A stretch of DNA of 56,181 nucleotides from an uncultured Chlamydiae bacterium (GTDB taxonomy: Bacteria; Chlamydiota; Chlamydiia; Chlamydiales; SM23-39): positions 1 through 56,181 of the forward strand of contig CALBPE010000013.1 of the NCBI GenBank assembly GCA_937899275.1, given 5' to 3'. The notes beneath the pieces were generated by a model. It was not told the origin of the DNA. It worked only from the letters and a program-made list of their open reading frames with translations, and made no database searches. The position numbers and the translations under genes are program-made. Shown here piece by piece: positions 28,509-36,409 of this stretch; within the stretch, counting starts at the first letter, position 1; the number at the start of each line of letters is the position of its first letter.

Positions 28509-29467
28509 AAACCATGCTTTTGTAGCGCATATTCTAAAGCACCTAAAAGAGCGGCTTGATCGTTCAACACAATACGAACAGGAATTTTCTCAAGGAGAGT
28601 GTGAAAGCGCCCCTTATTACAAAAAGCGCGCATAAATGCTCCCTCTTTTATGATATCCACTATATGAGGAACAATACCTCCTCCCAAATACATGCCAGAA
28701 AGAGATAAAAATTTTAACGCAAGATTGCCCGCCTCTGATCCGTAGATAGAGACAAAAATCTGCAGCGCCTCTACGCAGGTAGGAGAAGATTTTTCTTTTG
28801 CAGCTTGGGTAATCTCTTCGGGAAGATTTTTAGAAGAAGCTACTTTTTCTAAAGGCGGCATCGATTTTTTCTCCACTAAAAACCGGTAAATAGTTGCAAG
28901 CCCTGGGCCAGAAAGAACCCGCTGATAAGAAACATGGGAAAATGCGCTGCGAAGGGAGTGTAAAAGCTCTTCTTGAAGCGCATTTGTCGGAGCAAAATCC
29001 ACATGCCCCCCCTCAGAAGCAAAAGGGTGAAATGCGCCGTCTACAAAAATCATTCCTGCCTCTCCCAGCCCCGTTCCTGGTGAAATCAAGGCTTTATTGC
29101 CTTTTTCTGGATCACCTGCATGTAGTGTGAGAAGATCTCCTTCTTGCAACCTAGTGATCCCATAAGCATTGGCTAAAAGGTCGTTGATCAAATGCACGCT
29201 TCCAATGCTATTTTCTTCTTGTAAAATACGACTATCGACAATCCAAGGAAGGTTTGTGGCTCTACACAGCCCTCCCTCAATAGGGCCAGCAATACCAAAG
29301 CAGGCCACATCGACTTTTTCTTCAGAAAGAAATTCTGCAACAATTGTGGAAAGGTTGGGGTAGTTTTTCGAAGGAAACTTTTGTAAAGGACAAAGGAGCC
29401 TTCCATCAGCGTCAAATAAGGCAAGCCTAGTATTTGTACCGCCTATATCTCCCGCTAAAATCCGCAT
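28505..29467 (-). CDS. glk: Glucokinase
   Basis: 320-aa ORF with [18 protein letters not shown] and a ROK/Glk-like core. Its stop has an ATGA overlap with the GH63 start. Confidence 0.85.
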   Translation of the reverse strand: MRILAGDIGGTNTRLALFDADGRLLCPLQKFPSKNYPNLSTIVAEFLSEEKVDVACFGIAGPIEGGLCRATNLPWIVDSRILQEENSIGSVHLINDLLANAYGITRLQEGDLLTLHAGDPEKGNKALISPGTGLGEAGMIFVDGAFHPFASEGGHVDFAPTNALQEELLHSLRSAFSHVSYQRVLSGPGLATIYRFLVEKKSMPPLEKVASSKNLPEEITQAAKEKSSPTCVEALQIFVSIYGSEAGNLALKFLSLSGMYLGGGIVPHIVDIIKEGAFMRAFCNKGRFHTLLEKIPVRIVLNDQAALLGALEYALQKHGL

Positions 29468-29537
29468 GCCTCCTCCCGATTACGTGCGCTCTTATTGTTT
29501 ATACAAACAAAAAGGGATTTCGTTCTCAAGGGGTATT

Positions 29538-29565
29538 TTGCAAAAAGGAGAAAAAAGGGTACACT
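29538..29565 (+). promoter_or_regulatory. Possible sigma-70-type promoter upstream of recA (TTGCAA-N16-TACACT)
   Basis: The hexamers lie at 29538-29543 and 29560-29565, about 40 nt upstream of the recA ATG. This is sequence inspection only. Confidence 0.3.
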
Positions 29566-29603
29566 ACTCTATACAAAGACCGTTACTGGAAGGAGAATGG
29601 CGC

Positions 29604-30644
29604 ATGAAAAACCAAGAACAAGAAGGGAAAAAAAAGGCGTTAGAGCTCGCTGTATCGCAGATCAAAAAACAGTTCGGCGATGGGGCAATTATGTCTTTAG
29701 GAGCGAGGATGATGCATGGTAAAGTACCTGTCATCCCCACAGGAGCCATTGCCTTAGATGCAGCCCTTGGTATCGGAGGGGTGCCTAAAGGAAGAATCAT
29801 AGAAATCTACGGACCAGAATCTTCTGGTAAATCGACTTTAGCAACGCATATTGTAGCCAACGCGCAAAAACAAGGCGGCGTTGCAGCCTACATCGATGCA
29901 GAGCATGCGCTTGATCCCGCTTACGCCGCTAAAATTGGGGTGAACATCAAAGATCTACTCATCTCCCAGCCAGACTCTGGAGAAGAAGCGCTCAATATCG
30001 CAGAAACCCTTGCTAGATCAAATGCAGTAGATGTCATCATCATCGACTCGGTAGCAGCTCTTGTCCCTAAACATGAATTAGAAGGAGAAATTGGCGATCT
30101 TCACGTCGGTTTGCAAGCAAGGATGATGTCGCAGGCGCTTCGCAAGCTTACACCTGCTCTTGCTAGCAGCAATACCTGCGCCGTTTTCATCAACCAGATG
30201 AGAGAGAAAATTGGTGTGATGTTTGGAAATCCGCAAACGACAACAGGTGGAAATGCCTTAAAATACTACGCCTCTGTCCGCCTGGAAATTCGTAGTAGCA
30301 AAATGAAAGGACCTGAAGAAAACGGGATCAAAGGCGTTAGAGCCAAAGTGAAAGTAGTGAAAAACAAAATGGCGCCTCCATTTAGAACAGCAGAATTCGA
30401 TGTCCTTTTTAATGAAGGCATATCCCATATCGGCTCTTTAATCGACTTGGGCGCAGATTTAGAAATCATCGATAAAAAAGGCGCCTGGTTTAGCTACCGA
30501 GAGACAAGGCTTGGTCAAGGAAAAGAAGCGGTTCGAGAAGAGTTCAAGAAAAAACCAGAACTTGCCAAAGAAATCGAAGAGCAAATCTTAGATAGGCTGA
30601 TTCCAGCAAGAAAAGCTGCAGAGTTGCAAGAGGCGCAAAAATAG
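29604..30644 (+). CDS. recA: Recombinase A
   Basis: [19 protein letters not shown], Walker [11 protein letters not shown] and the L1/L2 regions are present. The start is at ATG 29604, preceded by AGGAGA. The 46-aa upstream extension in the track is non-homologous. Confidence 0.97.
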   Translation: MKNQEQEGKKKALELAVSQIKKQFGDGAIMSLGARMMHGKVPVIPTGAIALDAALGIGGVPKGRIIEIYGPESSGKSTLATHIVANAQKQGGVAAYIDAEHALDPAYAAKIGVNIKDLLISQPDSGEEALNIAETLARSNAVDVIIIDSVAALVPKHELEGEIGDLHVGLQARMMSQALRKLTPALASSNTCAVFINQMREKIGVMFGNPQTTTGGNALKYYASVRLEIRSSKMKGPEENGIKGVRAKVKVVKNKMAPPFRTAEFDVLFNEGISHIGSLIDLGADLEIIDKKGAWFSYRETRLGQGKEAVREEFKKKPELAKEIEEQILDRLIPARKAAELQEAQK

Positions 30645-30646
30645 AT

Positions 30647-31540
30647 TTACAAATACATGTTCGAAGAAAGCTTTTTTCTACTAGAAAAAAACGCTTCTTC
30701 GAGCATTTCTATTAGAAAAATCAAAGGAGCTGTTTCTATTTTAAGATTCTTTAAAATAGCTCGATAAGAAGCCGTCTCTTGTAAAAAGCGCTCTTCGCTT
30801 TTCTCGATTCCCATAACGCTGACCATAGTATCTGTTTCCTTTAAAAGATCTTCCTGCAAATCATCGAGATCATCAGCAATTTGAAACGCCATACCCATAT
30901 GATAGGCAAGAGACTTCACTTGATCGATCAGGTTTTTGTCGCCGCCACCAAAAAGCCAGCCTAATACAAAAGAGATTTCAAATAGCGTCACCGTTTTTTG
31001 ATATACGATTTTTTCCAATGTTTCTAAAGAAGAATCGGGAGAAAAAAGATCGAAAAACTGCCCACTTGTCGCGCCAAAGATACCGGCAGCATTTGTTACT
31101 GTCTCCATGGCAAGAAGTCCAACTTCTGCAAAAGAGGGATCGGTTTTTTGGATTAGAGAGGTATTTTTCGCCACATACTCATAACCTAGGGAAATCAGCG
31201 TATAGCTCGCAAGAAGCGCAGCGCTTTGTCCATAAAGCGTGTGAGTAGTGGGTTTGCCTCGCCTCATCGATGCGTTATCCATACAAGGAAGATCATCTGC
31301 AATTAAAGAAGCGCTGTGAAAAAATTCTACCGATAAAGCCGCTGGAACCACATCCTGATTTTTTTCTAAAGCCTCAGCTACAAGAAGCACAATAATCGGA
31401 CGGTAGCGTTTTCCTTCGCTGCAAAGAGTGTAGGTAACCGCATCTCTAAGAGGGGTTTTTTCACCTAAACGGTGCTCTAGTGCAGCTAGCTCTAAGTTTA
31501 CTTTAGAGCGAAGAGATTGGATGGTATCAATAGGAAGCAT
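30647..31540 (-). CDS. ispA: Polyprenyl (farnesyl/geranylgeranyl) diphosphate synthase
   Basis: 297-aa ORF with both Asp-rich motifs (LIADDLPCMDN and FQIADDLDD). Confidence 0.85.
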   Translation of the reverse strand: MLPIDTIQSLRSKVNLELAALEHRLGEKTPLRDAVTYTLCSEGKRYRPIIVLLVAEALEKNQDVVPAALSVEFFHSASLIADDLPCMDNASMRRGKPTTHTLYGQSAALLASYTLISLGYEYVAKNTSLIQKTDPSFAEVGLLAMETVTNAAGIFGATSGQFFDLFSPDSSLETLEKIVYQKTVTLFEISFVLGWLFGGGDKNLIDQVKSLAYHMGMAFQIADDLDDLQEDLLKETDTMVSVMGIEKSEERFLQETASYRAILKNLKIETAPLIFLIEMLEEAFFSSRKKLSSNMYL

Positions 31541-32141
31541 AGCTACTTTTTATACAAGAGAGAGGGGGAAATTTCGAGTGTTTTTTTAGAAAAGATCCAG
31601 GATTGATTACGCTATTGCAGCCAATCTGAGAAAAATCTCCCAAAATAGCTCCGAGTTTTTTTCGTCCTGTGGGCTTTCCTTCAAGATGGATTTCTTTTTT
31701 GTCTAACCGGACGTTAGCAAACACTACGCCTGCGCCTAAAAGCGCATTTTTTCCCACAATAGAGTCGCCGATATAGGCAAAATGCGCCGCCTGAACGCCT
31801 TCAAATAAAAAAGAGCCCTTTACCTCAGTGCTATGACCGATCATCGATCCAGGGCCAATAAAACTACCTTCTCGAACGTATGCGCTCTGTCTAATGGTAG
31901 AGCCTTTGCAGATCACACAAGGTCCTTTAATCGTTGTGAATTTTTCTACAACCACTCCTTTTTCGATGTAGATTTCAGATGAATTTTGTAAATCGACTTC
32001 TTCAGGAATAACAGAGGCAATCGTTCCTAAAGGATACTGAGATAAGATTGTATTTAGATGAGAGAGGATATGCCATACAGGAAGATGAGTATCGTAACCT
32101 TTTAGATAAACGGAAGGGGAGAAAAATTCAGAGAAATCCAT
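31527..32141 (-). CDS. Left-handed beta-helix (hexapeptide-repeat) protein, GlmU C-terminal-like
   Basis: 204-aa ORF with imperfect hexapeptide repeats (IGPGSMIGHSTEV, IGDSIVGKNALLGAGVV). It overlaps the ispA start by 14 nt. I recall a glmU-like/ispA pairing in Chlamydia as well. Confidence 0.6.
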   Translation of the reverse strand: MDFSEFFSPSVYLKGYDTHLPVWHILSHLNTILSQYPLGTIASVIPEEVDLQNSSEIYIEKGVVVEKFTTIKGPCVICKGSTIRQSAYVREGSFIGPGSMIGHSTEVKGSFLFEGVQAAHFAYIGDSIVGKNALLGAGVVFANVRLDKKEIHLEGKPTGRKKLGAILGDFSQIGCNSVINPGSFLKKHSKFPPLSCIKSSYASY

Positions 32142-32258
32142 ACCTGAAGTATATAGACAACTCTACTGATACGCAAGAAGATCTACTTTTTGTTTTGAAC
32201 AGCGCATCTCATCTATACTAAAGAAACTCTCTCTTTATACTCTTCTTCTTTTATAGGC

Positions 32259-32414
32259 TGTGGAAGTGTTCATAAGTACCCCATTTCTCTTGATAAAACA
32301 AGGTGTTCATAAACTGTTTATAAGTTGATCATAACCTTCAAGTTATGAACGAACTTTTTTTATGAACAATCTTATGAACAAAGGCCCAGGGGAGCTGTGA
32401 ACAAGTTTTCCACA
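32259..32414. promoter_or_regulatory. Array of DnaA-box-like 9-mers in symmetric arrangement
   Basis: Left half: TGTGGAAG at 32259; TGTTCATAA at 32267 and 32304; TGTTTATAA at 32315; TGATCATAA at 32326. Right half, in the opposite orientation: TTATGAACG at 32343; TTATGAACA at 32360 and 32372. Then the convergent pair TGTGAACAA (32396) and TTTTCCACA (32406, matching the TTWTNCACA consensus). Confidence 0.5.
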
Positions 32415-32430
32415 GTTTTTCCCCTCTTAT

Positions 32431-33663
32431 TTAGCGCACTTTACTTAAATAAAATAGGACAAGAGCGGCTAAAGCGGCAAAAGAGGCAAGTAAAAATGGG
32501 GCGTACAAATACAAAAATGTCAGCACAGCAAATAAAGGCGATATCGCCATAGCAAATGACTGCATCGATTGGCTTACTCCTAGCACTTTTCCCTGCATTG
32601 CATTGCCTGCTTTTTGAGAGATGATGTTTGTGCAAATAGGCCAAGAAACCGCTGAAAACACGATAGCTAAAGAGATATTGAGTACAAGGAGCCATGAGGT
32701 CTTAGCAAATACCACAGTAAAGCAAAGCGCGCTAAATGCGCTTAAACAAATGAGTAGTATGTTTCTTGGAGAAATATAATGCATAGCTAGTTTGCTTATA
32801 ATCCCTGCACCTACTGCCCAAGATACGCCGACAAATGCGATGAACATACCTAGCTCTGATGGAGAAAACGCGAAAGTATTTACCGCAATAACAGGAGCAA
32901 ACTGCATGAGAAGGTTCCAAGCGATCAAAAAAAGGAGGTAGATGAGATAGATTGTTTTGATGTTTTCTGTTTGCAACGCGAGTTTAATCTGATGAAAACT
33001 CTCCAAAAAATGGAAGTGGACATCAGGTTTTTTCTCATAGGATTCTTGAAAAAAACAGGCTACAAAAACCAAATTGACGAGAGTTATCCCTGCACCAATC
33101 CAAAAGGGAAGGGCAAAAGAAAATAAGGGACTTAGAGCCGTATCGGAAAATTTTCCCCCTAAAAACGCGCCTAAAATAAACGCCGTTCCTGCGCATACAG
33201 CAAGAGAGCCAAAATGCTTGACCCGCTCTTTTTCTCCAGTACTTAAATCTGCTGCAGCTGCAAGACAAATGGATAAGTTTCCTGAAAAAAGACCTGATAA
33301 AAGCCTGCTGAAAAACAGCAGGACTAAGGCTTGATATTCCATAGCAAAAGCGGAGAGGAAAAATCCTAAAGAGGTCAGAGATATCGTGCATAAAAGTGCT
33401 TTTCTTCTGCCGTTTTTGTCAGCAAATTCTCCAATGATAGGCGCTCCAAAGAACTGTCCCAAGGGAAACGCGCTTAAAAACACCCCTAAAAGGGCGGTTC
33501 TTGCAGCGACGCTTAAATCTGGAAAATGCAGTACATCGGGATTTAAAAAATACGGCGCAAATACCGGAAAGACGATAGCCCAAGATAGATTATCGACAAA
33601 AAATGTGAAAAAAATAGCCAGTAGCCTTAGCTTGCGGACTTTTTTTTGTAGACGGCGTTCCAT
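32431..33663 (-). CDS. MFS transporter (TetA/drug:H+ antiporter-like)
   Basis: 410-aa ORF with about 12 TM segments. It has an MFS motif-A-like GEFADKNGRRKAL between TM2 and TM3. Confidence 0.8.
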   Translation of the reverse strand: MERRLQKKVRKLRLLAIFFTFFVDNLSWAIVFPVFAPYFLNPDVLHFPDLSVAARTALLGVFLSAFPLGQFFGAPIIGEFADKNGRRKALLCTISLTSLGFFLSAFAMEYQALVLLFFSRLLSGLFSGNLSICLAAAADLSTGEKERVKHFGSLAVCAGTAFILGAFLGGKFSDTALSPLFSFALPFWIGAGITLVNLVFVACFFQESYEKKPDVHFHFLESFHQIKLALQTENIKTIYLIYLLFLIAWNLLMQFAPVIAVNTFAFSPSELGMFIAFVGVSWAVGAGIISKLAMHYISPRNILLICLSAFSALCFTVVFAKTSWLLVLNISLAIVFSAVSWPICTNIISQKAGNAMQGKVLGVSQSMQSFAMAISPLFAVLTFLYLYAPFLLASFAALAALVLFYLSKVR

Positions 33664-33709
33664 GCATTTCTCCCCATAATCTGCAACGTAACATGCTTTT
33701 GAATATATG

Positions 33710-34366
33710 TTAAATGCGCCAGTCGATTTCCGCTAAAGAATGTTCCTTTAAAAACTGATTTGCCTTAGAAAAATGCCTACAGCCAAAAAATCCTGAATGG
33801 GCAGAATAAGGAGATGGATGCGCCGCTTCTAAGCAAAGGTGTGGAGCGTTTACCTTAGCGCATTTTTCTCTTGCCGACTTGCCCCAAAGTAAAAAAACCA
33901 GGGGTTTTTCTCTTGCTGCGAGAAGTTCTACTACCTTATCGGTAAATACTTCCCAGCCTTGGTTGTGGTGGGATTTAGGTTCGTTTTTTCGAACGGTTAA
34001 AATGGTGTTCAAAAGAAGAACGCCCTGCTTGGCCCAAGGATCTAAACACCCCTTACTCGACATGGGAAGAGATAGGTCTTGCCGGATTTCTTCAAAGATG
34101 TTTTTTAAAGAAGGAGGCTGCCTTACGCCGTCTTTTACGCTGAAAGAAAGGCCGTGGGCCTGTCCTTCATTATGGTAGGGATCTTGACCGATGATCACTA
34201 CCGATGTCTCTTGAAATGAGTGAAAACAAAATGCTTGAAACACCTCGCTTTCTTTAGGGTAGATCGTTTTTCCTTCTTCGTGTTCTTGAGCAAGAAATGC
34301 CTGTAAATCTTGCATGTAGGGCTTATCTAACTCTTGTTTGAGTAGCTCTTTCCACGATTTTTCCAT
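33710..34366 (-). CDS. ung: Uracil-DNA glycosylase
   Basis: VVIIGQDPYH, GVLLLN and the HPSP loop (AAHPSPYSA) are present. The start is taken at MEKSWKELL (34366). The 25 upstream codons in the track are likely not translated. Confidence 0.9.
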   Translation of the reverse strand: MEKSWKELLKQELDKPYMQDLQAFLAQEHEEGKTIYPKESEVFQAFCFHSFQETSVVIIGQDPYHNEGQAHGLSFSVKDGVRQPPSLKNIFEEIRQDLSLPMSSKGCLDPWAKQGVLLLNTILTVRKNEPKSHHNQGWEVFTDKVVELLAAREKPLVFLLWGKSAREKCAKVNAPHLCLEAAHPSPYSAHSGFFGCRHFSKANQFLKEHSLAEIDWRI

Positions 34367-34499
34367 GAACATATGTGACTTCCAAGTTACTGGAGATATA
34401 GTATATGCAAGCAGGCGTTTTTTCTGCATCTTTACAGGCACTACTTTGACGAAAACCTTCCAATCGATTACTATGTTAGCTTCAAAGAGGAGTTTTTAC

Positions 34500-34778
34500 A
34501 TGGAAAATTTAGACGAAAATAATGTGATCCGATTTAAAAATATCTCCAAGAAAAAAGAGGGTTTTTTTGCTCATTTCCAAGTAAAAGCAGTGCGCAATGG
34601 CGTGACTATATCCGCCTCTTTATCTGTGGATATCTTATCCCATGAACTGCATTTAGGCGATGTAATGGAAAAAATCATCGCAGAGTGTGCAAAAATTGGT
34701 TTAAGAGAGTTGAAAAGGGCAGATTACACATTAGAAGGCATTGAAGATCTTTCTCTGGGTGTGGCGCAGCTTGGATAG
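34500..34778 (+). CDS. Small hypothetical protein (92 aa)
   Basis: The ATG at 34500 is preceded by AAGAGGAG. I recognise no family. The last 24 nt overlap the 5' half of tRNA-Pro, which lowers confidence. Confidence 0.3.
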   Translation: MENLDENNVIRFKNISKKKEGFFAHFQVKAVRNGVTISASLSVDILSHELHLGDVMEKIIAECAKIGLRELKRADYTLEGIEDLSLGVAQLG

Positions 34779-34829
34779 CGCGCTTGCATGGGGTGCAAGA
34801 GGTCGGAGGTTCAAATCCTCTCACCCAGA
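34755..34829 (+). tRNA. tRNA-Pro (anticodon GGG)
   Basis: The hand-folded cloverleaf is complete. Acceptor CTGGGTG/CACCCAG with C1:G72; D arm GCGC-AGCTTGGATA-GCGC; anticodon arm CTTGC-AT GGG GT-GCAAG; T arm GGAGG-TTCAAAT-CCTCT; discriminator A. No CCA is encoded. Confidence 0.85.
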
Positions 34830-34854
34830 TATTTTTCAGTGGTTTTCAATGAGG

Positions 34855-35613
34855 CTAAGTAATCAGTAGCTTCACTTCTTCTAGTAAGCCTTCAATGGCT
34901 TTTTTTTGTTTGTCTGTTGGCTTGAAATGCCGTTCATTTGCTAAAGAAGATAGCTTTTTCAATAACCGAATAGCGCTAAGAGCTCCATTAGATCCCCGTT
35001 TGTCCGATTCGGTTAGGGGAAATACATTCCGAATAATCATCAAAAGCTCTTCTTTAGATTGACCGGTGTAATATTCAATAATTTCTCTTTTATAGTTTTC
35101 AGCGATCTCTTTGGAAGCGCTTGTCTTACTCGATCTACTAGCGAGTGTATAGACAACTTGCCTTGGCATGGTATCGAGTTTTTCCTGCAGTTCTACAGGT
35201 AAAGAGGTGTAAAACAGATAGTACTGTAAAAAGTTGTAGGGAGTCTGCCGGTTGCCATAAGTGGCAATTAGCCAGGAGGTAAACGCGCCATCTTTATAAG
35301 GTTTTAACAGGTCTTGCGCCTTTTTGATGCGCTCTCCATGAAGCATAATGGCTTGGCTTGTGATCGCTTTTACTTCTGATGTGATTTGAATTAGATCTTG
35401 CAGATCGCTTTCTACGTGGCAGTCTTTTTCTTCTTTGAAGCTTTCTAATAACTCTTCTAACGACTCCTTTTCCTCTGGAAGAAGCTCTTCTATACGGAAT
35501 ACCCCAGAAAAGCTCGATAGGCCTCCATTGGACGTTCTTTTTGCAAGAGCGTTCATTTTTTGTTTATCTTTTGTCTTTAGCCTAAGGCTTAGTAAAGAGT
35601 TAAATTTCGCCAT
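34855..35613 (-). CDS. pGP6-D-related protein (chlamydial plasmid partition-partner homolog)
   Basis: 252-aa ORF. FTSWLIATYGNRQTPYNFLQYYLFYTSLPVELQEKLDTMPRQVVYTLASR aligns with my recollection of C. trachomatis pGP6-D (FSSWIELVFRTKSSAYNALAYYELFINLPNQTLQKEFQSIPYKSAYILAAR). It sits directly downstream of parA. Confidence 0.75.
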   Translation of the reverse strand: MAKFNSLLSLRLKTKDKQKMNALAKRTSNGGLSSFSGVFRIEELLPEEKESLEELLESFKEEKDCHVESDLQDLIQITSEVKAITSQAIMLHGERIKKAQDLLKPYKDGAFTSWLIATYGNRQTPYNFLQYYLFYTSLPVELQEKLDTMPRQVVYTLASRSSKTSASKEIAENYKREIIEYYTGQSKEELLMIIRNVFPLTESDKRGSNGALSAIRLLKKLSSLANERHFKPTDKQKKAIEGLLEEVKLLIT

Positions 35614-35632
35614 GATGCTGCCTTTGTGTTCT

Positions 35633-36394
35633 TTATGGTGATAAGCGGGCTATGATATCGCTTGTCAGTTTTTTGTAATCTTCCGCAGCCTTACTTTTCG
35701 GAGCGGTAGCAAATACAGGCCCTCCGTAAATGGCTGCATCAGAGATGCTGATGTCTCTTCGCACCTTAGGTGAAAAGATTTTTCCTGGAAAGGTATCTTC
35801 AATTACCTCTAAAAAAGATCCATTGCTTTTTCCCCTATCGTTCCAAAAAGAAAGGGAGACGCCCAAAACCTGTAGAAAATGCCTTTCTGCGATATTTTCC
35901 ATGAAGATAGCTAGCCTTTGTAGGCCCTTGATGCTGTAAAACTCAGGGGTGGCGCATACAAGAGAGTTATTCGCTGCAATAAGCGAAGACTCGGTAAGCC
36001 AACATAAAGAAGGGGGCGTATCGATTAAGATGAAATCATAATCTAAAGGATCGAGGATTTTTTTCAGCCTTTCATGAGAATAGCGATCTGCTGCTAATGC
36101 TCCTGTGACTTCCACACGCTCAAGCCAGGTATCTGCTGGCACTAGATCAAGACGTTTTATGGCTGTCGACAAACAGACGGAAGAAAACTCTTTTTCTCCT
36201 TGTAAGACGGGAGCTATACTATCTTGTTCATCGGGATCAAATCCGAGGCCTGTCGTTAGATTGGCCTGCGCATCAAAGTCGATTAGAAGTACTTTTTTCC
36301 TGTGGAATGTAGCCAGGGCCGCACCTACATGCAACGTCGTCGATGTTTTTGCTGTGCCGCCTTTAAAACTGGTGACTGCAATGATTTGTTTCAA
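35633..36394 (-). CDS. parA: ParA/MinD-family partition ATPase
   Basis: 253-aa ORF with the deviant Walker A FKGGTAKTST, plus LIDFDAQAN and LIDTPPS. Confidence 0.87.
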   Translation of the reverse strand: MKQIIAVTSFKGGTAKTSTTLHVGAALATFHRKKVLLIDFDAQANLTTGLGFDPDEQDSIAPVLQGEKEFSSVCLSTAIKRLDLVPADTWLERVEVTGALAADRYSHERLKKILDPLDYDFILIDTPPSLCWLTESSLIAANNSLVCATPEFYSIKGLQRLAIFMENIAERHFLQVLGVSLSFWNDRGKSNGSFLEVIEDTFPGKIFSPKVRRDISISDAAIYGGPVFATAPKSKAAEDYKKLTSDIIARLSP

Positions 36395-36409
36395 TGCTCT
36401 TTACCTCAA

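Noticed and set aside
29466-29603. 46-codon N-terminal extension of recA; likewise 46825-46884 for recB and 49860-50087 for recD
   Set aside because: The extensions have no similarity to the respective families and lie in upstream genes or intergenic DNA. Internal ATGs with Shine-Dalgarno sequences or ATGA/TGATG coupling give canonical N-termini.
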